Source: Dehalococcoidia bacterium (lineage in GTDB: Bacteria > Chloroflexota > Dehalococcoidia > Plut-88900). Taken from it: a stretch of DNA of 64,000 nt. A program made the translations under genes and the position numbers. The DNA is taken from positions 512,001 to 576,000 of the forward strand of contig OZ240215.1 in the NCBI GenBank assembly GCA_965197585.1, read 5' to 3'. This document shows positions 20,246 through 28,563 of this stretch, piece after piece (position 1 is the first letter of the stretch; the number at the start of each line of letters is the position of its first letter). The notes beneath the pieces are model-generated. The model was given only the letters and a program-made list of their open reading frames with translations, did not search any database and was not told the DNA's origin.

Positions 20246-21835
20246 ATGCCAGAGATGCCCAAAATCACTGCCTCTGAAGAGCTTGCATCCCTGCTGGATC
20301 AAGGCGCTCCCATCGCCCTGTTGGACGTGCGTGAGCACGGAGAATACAACCTCGCCCACATCCCAGGCGCCTGCCCACTTCCACGACGGCTCATTGAGTA
20401 CCGGCTCCCTCGCCTTGTACCCAATAGGGCGACCAGGATTGTAGTCTGCGATGACGATGGCAGGAGAGCAGCGTTGGCCCTTGGCACGGTGGAACGTATG
20501 AGATATGCGAATGGGTCGGTGTTGGAGGGTGGGATCAACCGCTGGACATCCCTCGGTTACGGGTCCGAGTGGGGTGTCAACGTTCTGAGCAAAGATTTCG
20601 GAGAACGGTTGCAGGTTGAACAGCAGGTTCCGGAAATAACCGCCGAGGAGCTGGAAGGCTGGATATCCCGCGGCGAGCAGTTTGTCATGGTCGACTCCCG
20701 GACGCCGGAGGAGCATCATAATTTCTGTATTCCGGGCAGCCGCAGCCTTCCCGGTGGGGAGCTCGCTTTGCGCGTCTGGGACATGATGGATACCGAGGAT
20801 ACCCCGGTTGTAGTGCATTGTGCAGGCCGTACCCGGAGCATCGTTGGTACGGGCCTTTTGCAGCGTATGGGCGTGAAGCAAATCTACGGGCTGCGGAACG
20901 GAACGATGGGGTGGCAACTGGCGGGGTTCGACTTGGAGAAAGGGTCGGGCCGGGTGACCTTGAATGCGCCATCGGATGAGGCTTTGGGAAGGGCTGAGGC
21001 ATTCGGTCGAAGAGTGGCGGCTGAGGACGGAGTGAACTACTTGACGCCCGACGGACTGCAGAGATTGTTGTCGGAACGGCGTGACGAGAACGTCTATCTC
21101 GTGGATGTGAGAACGCGCGAAGAATTCGACGCAGGCCATATTCCGGGATTCTGGTGGCATCCGGGAGGGCAGGCCGTCCAAGAGAGCGACAACGTGGTTG
21201 GGGTGAAGGCAGGGCAGATAGTCTTTTGCTGTGACGGGATAGCTAGGGCTTCGGTGACAGGCTCCTTCTTCAGGCAGATGGGATACCCGAACGTTCACGT
21301 GGTGGAGGGCGGCACGAAGGCATGGAAGGAAGCGGGACTGGGGCTTGAGTCGGGCTCCCGCGATGCTGGACCCGCCACCTTGGAAGAGGCTCGCCGTCGT
21401 GTCTCTTCACTATCTCCGGGCGAGGTGGACAGGTTGATGGAAGGGTACGCCATAGCGCTGTTCATCGGGACGAGTGCGGAGTTCTCGCAAGGACACCCGC
21501 CGGGCAGCCGATGGGCGCCTCGGGGCTCCCTGGAGCTCCTAGTGGATGGCATGGTGCCCTCCAAGTCGACACCCGTGGTCCTTGTGAGCCCCGAGGGTCG
21601 TGAATCGATACTCGCTGGACTGGCGTTAGTGGATATGGGGTATGAAAGCGTGGCGTCGTTGGATGGAGGTACGCGGGCTTGGGTTGCGGAGGGGCATCCG
21701 TTGGAAAGAGGTCTGTCAGGAGTGATGACACCCCCGGATGATTTGGTGGCTACTGGCTCTGGGCGCAACTTCGCGGGGGCTATAGAGTATTTGAGGTGGG
21801 AGGAAGAGCTGGGGAGGAAGTACGAGCGCGACTAG
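20246..21835 (+). CDS. Four-domain rhodanese-like sulfurtransferase
   Basis: Repeated DVR..E....HIPG motifs; active-site loop VHCAGRTRS in domain 2; C-terminal YLRWE. Confidence 0.92.
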   Translation: MPEMPKITASEELASLLDQGAPIALLDVREHGEYNLAHIPGACPLPRRLIEYRLPRLVPNRATRIVVCDDDGRRAALALGTVERMRYANGSVLEGGINRWTSLGYGSEWGVNVLSKDFGERLQVEQQVPEITAEELEGWISRGEQFVMVDSRTPEEHHNFCIPGSRSLPGGELALRVWDMMDTEDTPVVVHCAGRTRSIVGTGLLQRMGVKQIYGLRNGTMGWQLAGFDLEKGSGRVTLNAPSDEALGRAEAFGRRVAAEDGVNYLTPDGLQRLLSERRDENVYLVDVRTREEFDAGHIPGFWWHPGGQAVQESDNVVGVKAGQIVFCCDGIARASVTGSFFRQMGYPNVHVVEGGTKAWKEAGLGLESGSRDAGPATLEEARRRVSSLSPGEVDRLMEGYAIALFIGTSAEFSQGHPPGSRWAPRGSLELLVDGMVPSKSTPVVLVSPEGRESILAGLALVDMGYESVASLDGGTRAWVAEGHPLERGLSGVMTPPDDLVATGSGRNFAGAIEYLRWEEELGRKYERD

Positions 21836-22944
21836 CGGAATGTCAGACTGTGGATTGTGGCGTGCTCCATCGCCTCCCAGTCAACGTCCAGCCCTAGTCC
21901 CGGCTTATCTGGGGCGTAGACGTATCCATCCGCTTGGGTTCGGACGACGTCTATCATGCCGTACTCGTAAGGCTCGTATGGCATAGTCTGCTCGAAGTAG
22001 GAGCAGCTGTCGGTGGTGAGCATCAGATGGAGGTTGGCGGTCGAGTTCAGGCTGAATCCCCACGACATGATCTCGCAATTCATGCCTGCGGACTCGCTAA
22101 TCTCGACGGCCTTGCGTAAAGGAGTGATTCCCCCGAGAATCAGCGCATCCGTCCGGGACGACCGCCAGCACCCCGACTTCACCGCGCTTTCGAAAGTTGT
22201 CAGGTCCATAATCCAGTTCCCAGATGGGAGCACCGGCATCTCGATTGCCTCAGCCAAAGCTCGGTAGCCTTCGAGGTCGTAGTCTGGGAGGGGGGCCTCG
22301 AACCAGGTGAAGTCCAGGCTTTCCAGTTCCTTGGCAACCCTGATAGCCGACTCCCTGTCGTAGTTGTTCTCTGCATCCAACATGAACGAGACGTCGTCGC
22401 CGGGATGCTCCTGCCTGACAGCGCGGGCGAGGGCTGCATCCTGCTCCGGTATACACCATGTGTGGAATTTGACGGCGTTGAAGCCCTGGTCTAGCAGAGT
22501 CTCCACGAAGTCCAGATATGCGGGTACGTCATCCAGCATAGGAGTGCTCGCATAGGAAGGGATTCGGTCTCTGGTGGCTCCGATTAGCTTGTAGAGAGGC
22601 ATGCCCGCCGCCTTCCCGGCCAGGTCCCACAACGCGATGTCGATTGCGGCGAGGGCCTGGGGAGGTATCGGAAAGACCCGAGGCCAGAGGTCTCGCCGGA
22701 GGCCGTCCCGGTCCAGCGGGTCACGCCCCACGAGGATCGGGGCGAGGTGGCGCAGCGTTTCTGCGGTATAGCGGTCATAGTCGAAGGAGGTGCCGTTCCA
22801 CGCGCCACCCACGCCCTCGACTCCTTCGTCAGTGAAGATACGGACTAGGGTGTTGGTGGCGAACTGGTCGGGGAGGTCGTGGGACCAGGTAAACCGCTGG
22901 ACTTGAGGAGCGACAACTCGGACTTCGACTCGTTCTATCTTCAT
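21832..22944 (-). CDS. Mandelate racemase/muconate lactonizing enzyme (enolase superfamily)
   Basis: AAIDIALWDLAGK, MLD, WFEAP, PDKPGLG. Confidence 0.9.
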   Translation of the reverse strand: MKIERVEVRVVAPQVQRFTWSHDLPDQFATNTLVRIFTDEGVEGVGGAWNGTSFDYDRYTAETLRHLAPILVGRDPLDRDGLRRDLWPRVFPIPPQALAAIDIALWDLAGKAAGMPLYKLIGATRDRIPSYASTPMLDDVPAYLDFVETLLDQGFNAVKFHTWCIPEQDAALARAVRQEHPGDDVSFMLDAENNYDRESAIRVAKELESLDFTWFEAPLPDYDLEGYRALAEAIEMPVLPSGNWIMDLTTFESAVKSGCWRSSRTDALILGGITPLRKAVEISESAGMNCEIMSWGFSLNSTANLHLMLTTDSCSYFEQTMPYEPYEYGMIDVVRTQADGYVYAPDKPGLGLDVDWEAMEHATIHSLTFR

Positions 22945-23166
22945 CTAATTGTTCGTAGCGTGACTAGCGGCAACCTCTATCTCAATGCGGCGAATTTCGG
23001 GTGTTACCGTGGCAACTGGTGTCTCGAAATGCAATTCCAATGCCTCGCGTAGATTGACAAGCGCCTCTTCTACGGAATGCCCTTGGCTGGCCACGTCCGT
23101 TTCCAGAGCCTGGGCCACGTACCAATCACCTTCTTGCCAAACGCTTGCAGAGAGCTCTTTTTTCAT
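22945..23166 (-). CDS. HicB-like antitoxin-family small protein (solo)
   Basis: VWQEGDWYVAQ...VASQG.SVEEALVNLREALELHF. Confidence 0.8.
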   Translation of the reverse strand: MKKELSASVWQEGDWYVAQALETDVASQGHSVEEALVNLREALELHFETPVATVTPEIRRIEIEVAASHATNN

Positions 23167-23394
23167 GCTGAGGCACCCCTCTAATCCATGCAAATCCTAT
23201 CAGATTGCATCCTATCACATCCCATCTTGCAGAATTTGATGTAGCGTGATTCTGACAAGGTGGCTACAAGACCACTCACCATTGTCATGTGTTCTTCCAT
23301 AGACCTGTCGGTAAACTCAGTGGGTTGCACGCTTCAAACCATGGGGTTAACCTTCGATTTCGGTAAATGGCCAAGATTTAGTGAAGGAGTCCCT

Positions 23395-24591
23395 TTGGCA
23401 CAGTCAAACCCGACCTACCCCATGTTCTCCCGACAGGAGATGGACCGCCGACTCGCCCGAGCCCGCTCGCTCATGGCACAAAACGACTTGGACGCACTGC
23501 TGATCACGGGTGAACACAACTTCCACTATTTCGTGGGCGCTGCCCCAAGCATCGGCCCCAACGAGTCCCTGGCCCGACCCTCGGCTTTCATTTTGCCCGC
23601 TGTAGGCGATCCGATAATCGTTTCCCAAGGCCGGGACAACATCGAGCAAGGCACCTACATCACCGACATCCGGGACTATTTCGACGTGTTGCAGTTCCCA
23701 TACGAGCTGGTTGGAGAGGCTTTGCGGGACAGAGGATTGAGCGCCGGGCGGATAGGGGCGGAACTTGGGCAGGAACAGAGAATGGGAGTGCCGGTCGGGG
23801 ACTACCTCAGCATCGTCGGCTCGATGCCCGAGGCCCGGTTTGTTGACGCCGCAGACGTCATCATCAAGACTCGCATGGTCAAGTCGGATGAGGAAGTGTC
23901 ATACATGCGTGAGGCGGCTCGCATTACTGCCAGGGCCCGACATCGTCTGTACACGGACTACTTGACTCCCGGAGTAACCGAGCGCCAGTTGGCGCGCCAG
24001 TTCCAAAAGCTGGTCCTTGAGGAGGGCGCAGACGGCACGTCCTTCGTCCACTTCCAATTTGATATACAGTCGGAGTTGCCGGGGGCTAAGCACGCATTTC
24101 ACTATGACAGGCCTCTGAGACCGGGCGTCATACTGGGCATCGACACCGGGGCCCGGGTCGGGATGTACACCGTCGACTACCCACGTATGGTCTCCCTAGG
24201 CCCGTCCACTGACAGGCAGAGGCGGCTCTACAATCAACTCCTCGAAGTGAACCGCCGTATGGTAGAGGCGCTGAGACCTGGCGTCGAGGCGGCGGACATT
24301 CACAGGGCCGGTGTGCAGGCGATGAAAGACCTGGGAGTAGAGACGGACAACCCTGAAAGGCTCACGGGTGGCAGCCGCATGGGTCACGGGCAAGGGATAC
24401 AGTTCACGGAGCCCCCCAGTGTGACGCCCACCGACCATACGGTACTTGAAGTAGGTTCTGTTATAAGCACGGAGCCGGGAATCGGGGACGATGAGTTGCA
24501 CCTGCTGTGGGAGGACACCCACGTGGTCACAGAGACCGGCTCAGACCTTATCACGACTGAGTCGGACGAGTTACGGGAGGTCGCGTTCTAG
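23395..24591 (+). CDS. M24 family (Xaa-Pro/creatinase-like) metallopeptidase
   Basis: TTG start behind AAGGAG; RMVKSDEE, DTG..YTVD, GHGQG, TEPG, WED ligands. Confidence 0.88.
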   Translation: MAQSNPTYPMFSRQEMDRRLARARSLMAQNDLDALLITGEHNFHYFVGAAPSIGPNESLARPSAFILPAVGDPIIVSQGRDNIEQGTYITDIRDYFDVLQFPYELVGEALRDRGLSAGRIGAELGQEQRMGVPVGDYLSIVGSMPEARFVDAADVIIKTRMVKSDEEVSYMREAARITARARHRLYTDYLTPGVTERQLARQFQKLVLEEGADGTSFVHFQFDIQSELPGAKHAFHYDRPLRPGVILGIDTGARVGMYTVDYPRMVSLGPSTDRQRRLYNQLLEVNRRMVEALRPGVEAADIHRAGVQAMKDLGVETDNPERLTGGSRMGHGQGIQFTEPPSVTPTDHTVLEVGSVISTEPGIGDDELHLLWEDTHVVTETGSDLITTESDELREVAF

Positions 24592-24645
24592 CTGTACAGG
24601 CACGCCCTTACCATTTTTAGCGCCTTAGATAACACCTGTCCACGT

Positions 24646-24674
24646 TTGACATCACTCCTAAACAACGCTAAGCT
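24646..24674 (+). promoter_or_regulatory. sigma70-type promoter of the leader-reductase operon
   Basis: TTGACA(24646-24651)-17 bp-TAAGCT(24669-24674). Confidence 0.7.
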
Positions 24675-24683
24675 TCAGCACTA

Positions 24684-24734
24684 ATGAATAACGGATATTG
24701 GCTTGATAACTGCGTCTGTATGTGCCGGAAATAG
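24684..24734 (+). CDS. Cys-rich leader peptide MNNGYWLDNCVCMCRK (putative attenuator peptide)
   Basis: Read directly from sequence; ATG 9 nt after the -10 box; codons TGC GTC TGT ATG TGC just before TAG; upstream of a sulfite reductase-type gene. Confidence 0.78.
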   Translation: MNNGYWLDNCVCMCRK

Positions 24735-24765
24735 GGTCGGCGCTAATCCGGCTTGGCACAGCGTT

Positions 24766-24804
24766 GCGCCCCTACGATGAAGTCTAATCGAAGGGGCGTT
24801 TTTT
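24766..24804 (+). terminator. Intrinsic terminator (attenuator) in the 5' leader of the reductase gene
   Basis: GCGCCCCT-A-CGAT-loop-ATCG-A-AGGGGCGT followed by a T run (TTTTTTATT), 35 nt before the ATG. Confidence 0.85.
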
Positions 24805-24838
24805 ATTGCAATAGAGAAATAGGGGAGATCAGGGCTAA

Positions 24839-26653
24839 ATGACTACCGTTGAAAGAGACCCTTCCATAAAGGATAAAGCCGGTCTTGACTACTCAAAGGG
24901 GATAATTCCCTACCTGCCCCAGGAAGTCTCCGACTTCGAGACCGAGGTAACAAGCTTCCAAAAGGGCGGTTGGGAAGACCCCCTGAAATTCACTGCCTAT
25001 AGGCTCGTCCGAGGCATATACGGTCAGCGCCAACCTGATCTCCACATGATCCGCATCAAGATGCCTGCCGGCAGCCTTACCGCAGACCAACTCGATGCCG
25101 TAGGCGAAGTCGTTGATAAGTACGTTCCCCTCAACAAGGGCCACGTCACCACCCGGGAGAACATCCAGCTTCACTTCGTAAATTTGGAAGATACCCCTGA
25201 TGTCTTGCGGATACTCGGGGAGGCGGGTCTCTCTACCCGTGAGGCCTGCGGCAACACCGTGCGAAACGTCATCGGCTGCCCCCTCTCCGGCGTCACCCCC
25301 GACGAGCCCTTCTACGTAGGCCCCTATCTGGCGGCCTTCGCCCGGTGGTTCGTACGGCATCCCCAGGCCCAGGCGCTCCCCCGAAAGTTCAAAGTAGCCT
25401 TCGCTTCTTGCAATGACGACTGTGTCGTCACCGCTATCCATGACCTCGCCTTCAAGCCCAGGGTCCGGGTCGACGAGAATGGCGTCGAGCGCCGTGGCTT
25501 TGAAATGATCACCGGCGGCGGCACCTCCATCATGCCCCGACTCGCCTACACCCTCTACGACTTCGTCCCTGTCGAGGACTTCCTCCGGGTCAGCGAGGCC
25601 GTAGTCCGCATCTTTAACCGCACGGACGAACTCCGACGTAACCGAATGAAGGCCCGGATCAAGTTCTACATCGACCGGGTAGGCATCGACGTTTTCCGTG
25701 AGCTGGTCGAAGAAGAGTTGAAGCAGCCCTGGGCCCAGGAGCCCTACGATCCCGAGCCTCTCATGGAACTCCCTCCCGAGCTCATTGACGAGCCCCCCGC
25801 CCTTGTGCCTGTAGAGAGCAATGGGCAGCGGTCTCCTGCCTTCGACCGGTGGGTCTCGAGCAACGTACACCGGCAGAAACAGGACGGCTACAACGTCGTC
25901 ACTGTCAAGCTTCCTCTCGGCGATATCTCCACCGAGCAGTTCCCCATTCTCAGCCGCATCGCCCGCGACTTTGCCGGTGGCCGCATCCGGACCACCGTGG
26001 AGCAGAACGTGGTTTACCGGTGGGTCCCCACAGGCGTGTTGAAAGAAGTCTGGCGTCAGCTTAAGGACGCAGGCCTCGGGGAAGCAGGAGCCGGAGAGAT
26101 CACGGATGTCGTCTCCTGCCCCGGCACGGACAGCTGCAAGCTCGGCATAACATCTTCAATGGGTCTGGGTCAGGCCGTCGGCGATGCCCTTAGGGAGGCG
26201 GCCTATGAGGACCCGCTAGTCAGGTCCCTCCACGTGAAGATCAGTGGCTGCCCCAATGGTTGCGCCCGGCATCACATCGCAAACATCGGATTCCACGGAG
26301 CAGCTACCCGCGGAGCCAACAAGAGCCAGATACCCTCCTACGAACTTTTCATCGGCGGCAGCTTCGGCAGCGATGAAGATGCCCGATTTGGCAAGAGAGT
26401 CAAGACAAAGGTACCTGCCAAGAAGGTCCCCAGCCTCGTGAAGGATATTGTCCACTTCTACCAGAACGAGCGCGAGCCCCAGGAGGTTTTCAACCGCTTC
26501 GTCGACCGCGTCGGCACCCAGCCCTTTGAAACCCTCGCCGGCGCCTACAAAGAGACGGGCCCCTTGAACAAGGAGAACCTCAACACCTACATGGACTGGG
26601 GAAAAACCCGCATGTTCAAGGTCGAGCGCGGCGAGGGAGAGTGCGCGGTATAA
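24839..26653 (+). CDS. Siroheme/[4Fe-4S] sulfite (or nitrite) reductase
   Basis: GIYGQRQ, TTRENIQLH, ACGNTVRN, LPRKFK, CPGTDSC and GCPNGC ligands; Cys leader favours sulfite. Confidence 0.92.
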   Translation: MTTVERDPSIKDKAGLDYSKGIIPYLPQEVSDFETEVTSFQKGGWEDPLKFTAYRLVRGIYGQRQPDLHMIRIKMPAGSLTADQLDAVGEVVDKYVPLNKGHVTTRENIQLHFVNLEDTPDVLRILGEAGLSTREACGNTVRNVIGCPLSGVTPDEPFYVGPYLAAFARWFVRHPQAQALPRKFKVAFASCNDDCVVTAIHDLAFKPRVRVDENGVERRGFEMITGGGTSIMPRLAYTLYDFVPVEDFLRVSEAVVRIFNRTDELRRNRMKARIKFYIDRVGIDVFRELVEEELKQPWAQEPYDPEPLMELPPELIDEPPALVPVESNGQRSPAFDRWVSSNVHRQKQDGYNVVTVKLPLGDISTEQFPILSRIARDFAGGRIRTTVEQNVVYRWVPTGVLKEVWRQLKDAGLGEAGAGEITDVVSCPGTDSCKLGITSSMGLGQAVGDALREAAYEDPLVRSLHVKISGCPNGCARHHIANIGFHGAATRGANKSQIPSYELFIGGSFGSDEDARFGKRVKTKVPAKKVPSLVKDIVHFYQNEREPQEVFNRFVDRVGTQPFETLAGAYKETGPLNKENLNTYMDWGKTRMFKVERGEGECAV

Positions 26654-26660
26654 GGCTTGC

Positions 26661-27029
26661 ATGGGCATAAGCCGATCCAGGGCGCAGGACTACGCGGAGG
26701 AAATCCTCGAAAAACCGCGCGCTGCCATTCCTCTCACCCTCAAGCGGTCGAAGTCCGGCGTAACCCTCTTGCACCGCGGTCGTGCCGTGACCAAGTGCCA
26801 CGCAACGGGAGTCGGAGAGTTGCAAGCCGAGTTCATGGCCGAAGCCCTCGGCGCGGAATTGCCTGAGCCTGACTCCTCTACGTCGATTGAAGTCCCGGCA
26901 GGAGTCTTCTACCGGGCCATTGCCATCTCATCCCTAGACCTCCGCAAGCCCGAAGCCCGCGTCCTCCTCGAACAGTACCTGGCCACTGCCCAGATGCAGC
27001 GCTCAGGTATGCGTAGCATAGAGGCCTAA
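26661..27029 (+). CDS. Hypothetical protein
   Basis: 122-aa ORF 7 nt after the reductase stop, genome-like codon usage. Confidence 0.7.
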   Translation: MGISRSRAQDYAEEILEKPRAAIPLTLKRSKSGVTLLHRGRAVTKCHATGVGELQAEFMAEALGAELPEPDSSTSIEVPAGVFYRAIAISSLDLRKPEARVLLEQYLATAQMQRSGMRSIEA

Positions 27030-27051
27030 CGCAAATACCCGGAGACTCCCA

Positions 27052-27396
27052 GTGCTGCTAGTATTAGAAGTAGAAGAATCGGAGAACAGCCTTTTCGACG
27101 TGACCCGCAGCTTCCAGACCATCGGAGACCCGAGGCCCATCTCGAAAGTCGCCGCCTTCGCGCCCGACGGAACTGAAGGCGTATACGAGGTAGTCGGCTG
27201 GTCTTCCGAGGGCGCTGTAACCGCCTTCGCCGCTCTGGTTGATGACTCCGGTGAAGGGGCCGCCCTACTCGTCTATGGCGGAGAAGAGGGCATTCGCCTC
27301 CGGCCCCAGGACTCGGCTGACGACTGGTCTCTCGAAGATGCCTCTCAGTGGGGCGAGGTCTTCCTGCTCCTGGATCGCGAAACCTTCACAGAGTGA
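27052..27396 (+). CDS. Hypothetical acidic protein
   Basis: 114-aa ORF, GTG start behind GGAG; DDSGEG..LVYGGEEGIRL..W......QWGE looks like a conserved motif. Confidence 0.7.
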   Translation: MLLVLEVEESENSLFDVTRSFQTIGDPRPISKVAAFAPDGTEGVYEVVGWSSEGAVTAFAALVDDSGEGAALLVYGGEEGIRLRPQDSADDWSLEDASQWGEVFLLLDRETFTE

Positions 27397-27431
27397 GAGC
27401 AGGCAGAGAATAGGGCGCCGTCTAGCCCTGC

Positions 27432-28472
27432 TCACAATAGCAGGATTAGAAGTATACCCCCGAACAGAGTGAGCACCCCTGCTATCCCTGTCGGGTTCAC
27501 CCTCTCCCTTAGCACTATCGCCGACAGCGTCGTCGTCCAGAATATCTGTGTCGACGATAGCGCTGCCGCTATCGAAAGGCCCGCTCTTTGTACCCCGACC
27601 AGGAACAACATGCTGGCGACGCCCAGAGATATGCTCCCGTTCGTTACTGCCACGCCTGACATCCGGTACGACCATCCGGACCGGAAGCGCCTCCTCCTTC
27701 GGTCCGAGTCTTGATGAGCTATAGACCCTTCAAGTTTCAGGACTCGACGCACGGTGCGCGCAACGAGTCCCTGGGAGAGCGCTTTCTTGACCCGTCTTCC
27801 GAAACCCAAAGCAGCGTCCTCTTCGCTCGGCAGCAGTATGTCGTTAACTCCCAGCCCGGACATCACAGTCAGGAAAATACATACTGCCGAAAGCCGGGTC
27901 ATGTTCAGCAGTGGTGGGTCCATGTGACGCAGAGCGAACCCCTGAATCGTAAGACCTGATACCCAGAACGCTGCCACCAGCGCCAGCAGAAGCACACCCT
28001 TAAACCCCAGCCACGAGGCTTGATTTTTATCCGTATATCTGCGTTGGGCAAAGCTGACCAAGTACACCCCCAGCGCTATTACTACCACCCCCAGTACGTC
28101 GTAGCGAGAAGGCGTCTCTCCCAGAACGAATATCCCCGATAGCAGCGAATAGCTCGATAGCAGTCCAGCCACCATCGGCCAGGCCTTGCTGATGTCCACG
28201 TTTCTCAGGAACAGCAGGTACAGAGGCTCGCCCAGCCCGATGTTGATAATCCCGCCGAGAATACCGAGGACCAGGTAAAGAGTCGGAATACGGGTCAGCT
28301 CCCCGATATCAGAGATCGTCAGCACGAAGATCAGTCCGGCCAACGCCCCTCCCCCCGACCCCAGCGCTCCCAATGTCAGCGGTCTGAACCGGGATACCAG
28401 CGTCTTCTGCACAATTCCCGTCATCGAGAACAGAAGCGCCGACGCAAGGACCGATAGTTCGCCTATCGGCAT
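27432..28472 (-). CDS. DMT/EamA family transporter
   Basis: About 10 hydrophobic segments; two EamA repeats (VLGETP, VLRERV). Confidence 0.85.
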   Translation of the reverse strand: MPIGELSVLASALLFSMTGIVQKTLVSRFRPLTLGALGSGGGALAGLIFVLTISDIGELTRIPTLYLVLGILGGIINIGLGEPLYLLFLRNVDISKAWPMVAGLLSSYSLLSGIFVLGETPSRYDVLGVVVIALGVYLVSFAQRRYTDKNQASWLGFKGVLLLALVAAFWVSGLTIQGFALRHMDPPLLNMTRLSAVCIFLTVMSGLGVNDILLPSEEDAALGFGRRVKKALSQGLVARTVRRVLKLEGSIAHQDSDRRRRRFRSGWSYRMSGVAVTNGSISLGVASMLFLVGVQRAGLSIAAALSSTQIFWTTTLSAIVLRERVNPTGIAGVLTLFGGILLILLL

Positions 28473-28563
28473 GTCATCTTCTTTTCATAACAAGCGTTCA
28501 CCCTTCAAGCGCAATATAATACTCTCGAAACCTCCGACAAATACACTCTAAGAGGAGCATGTT

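Noticed and set aside
24893-25870. 325-aa antisense ORF inside the reductase (similarly 41800-42702, 13436-14200, 20243-21298, 56892-57584)
   Set aside because: Shadow ORFs expected opposite GC-rich genes; no recognisable motifs.
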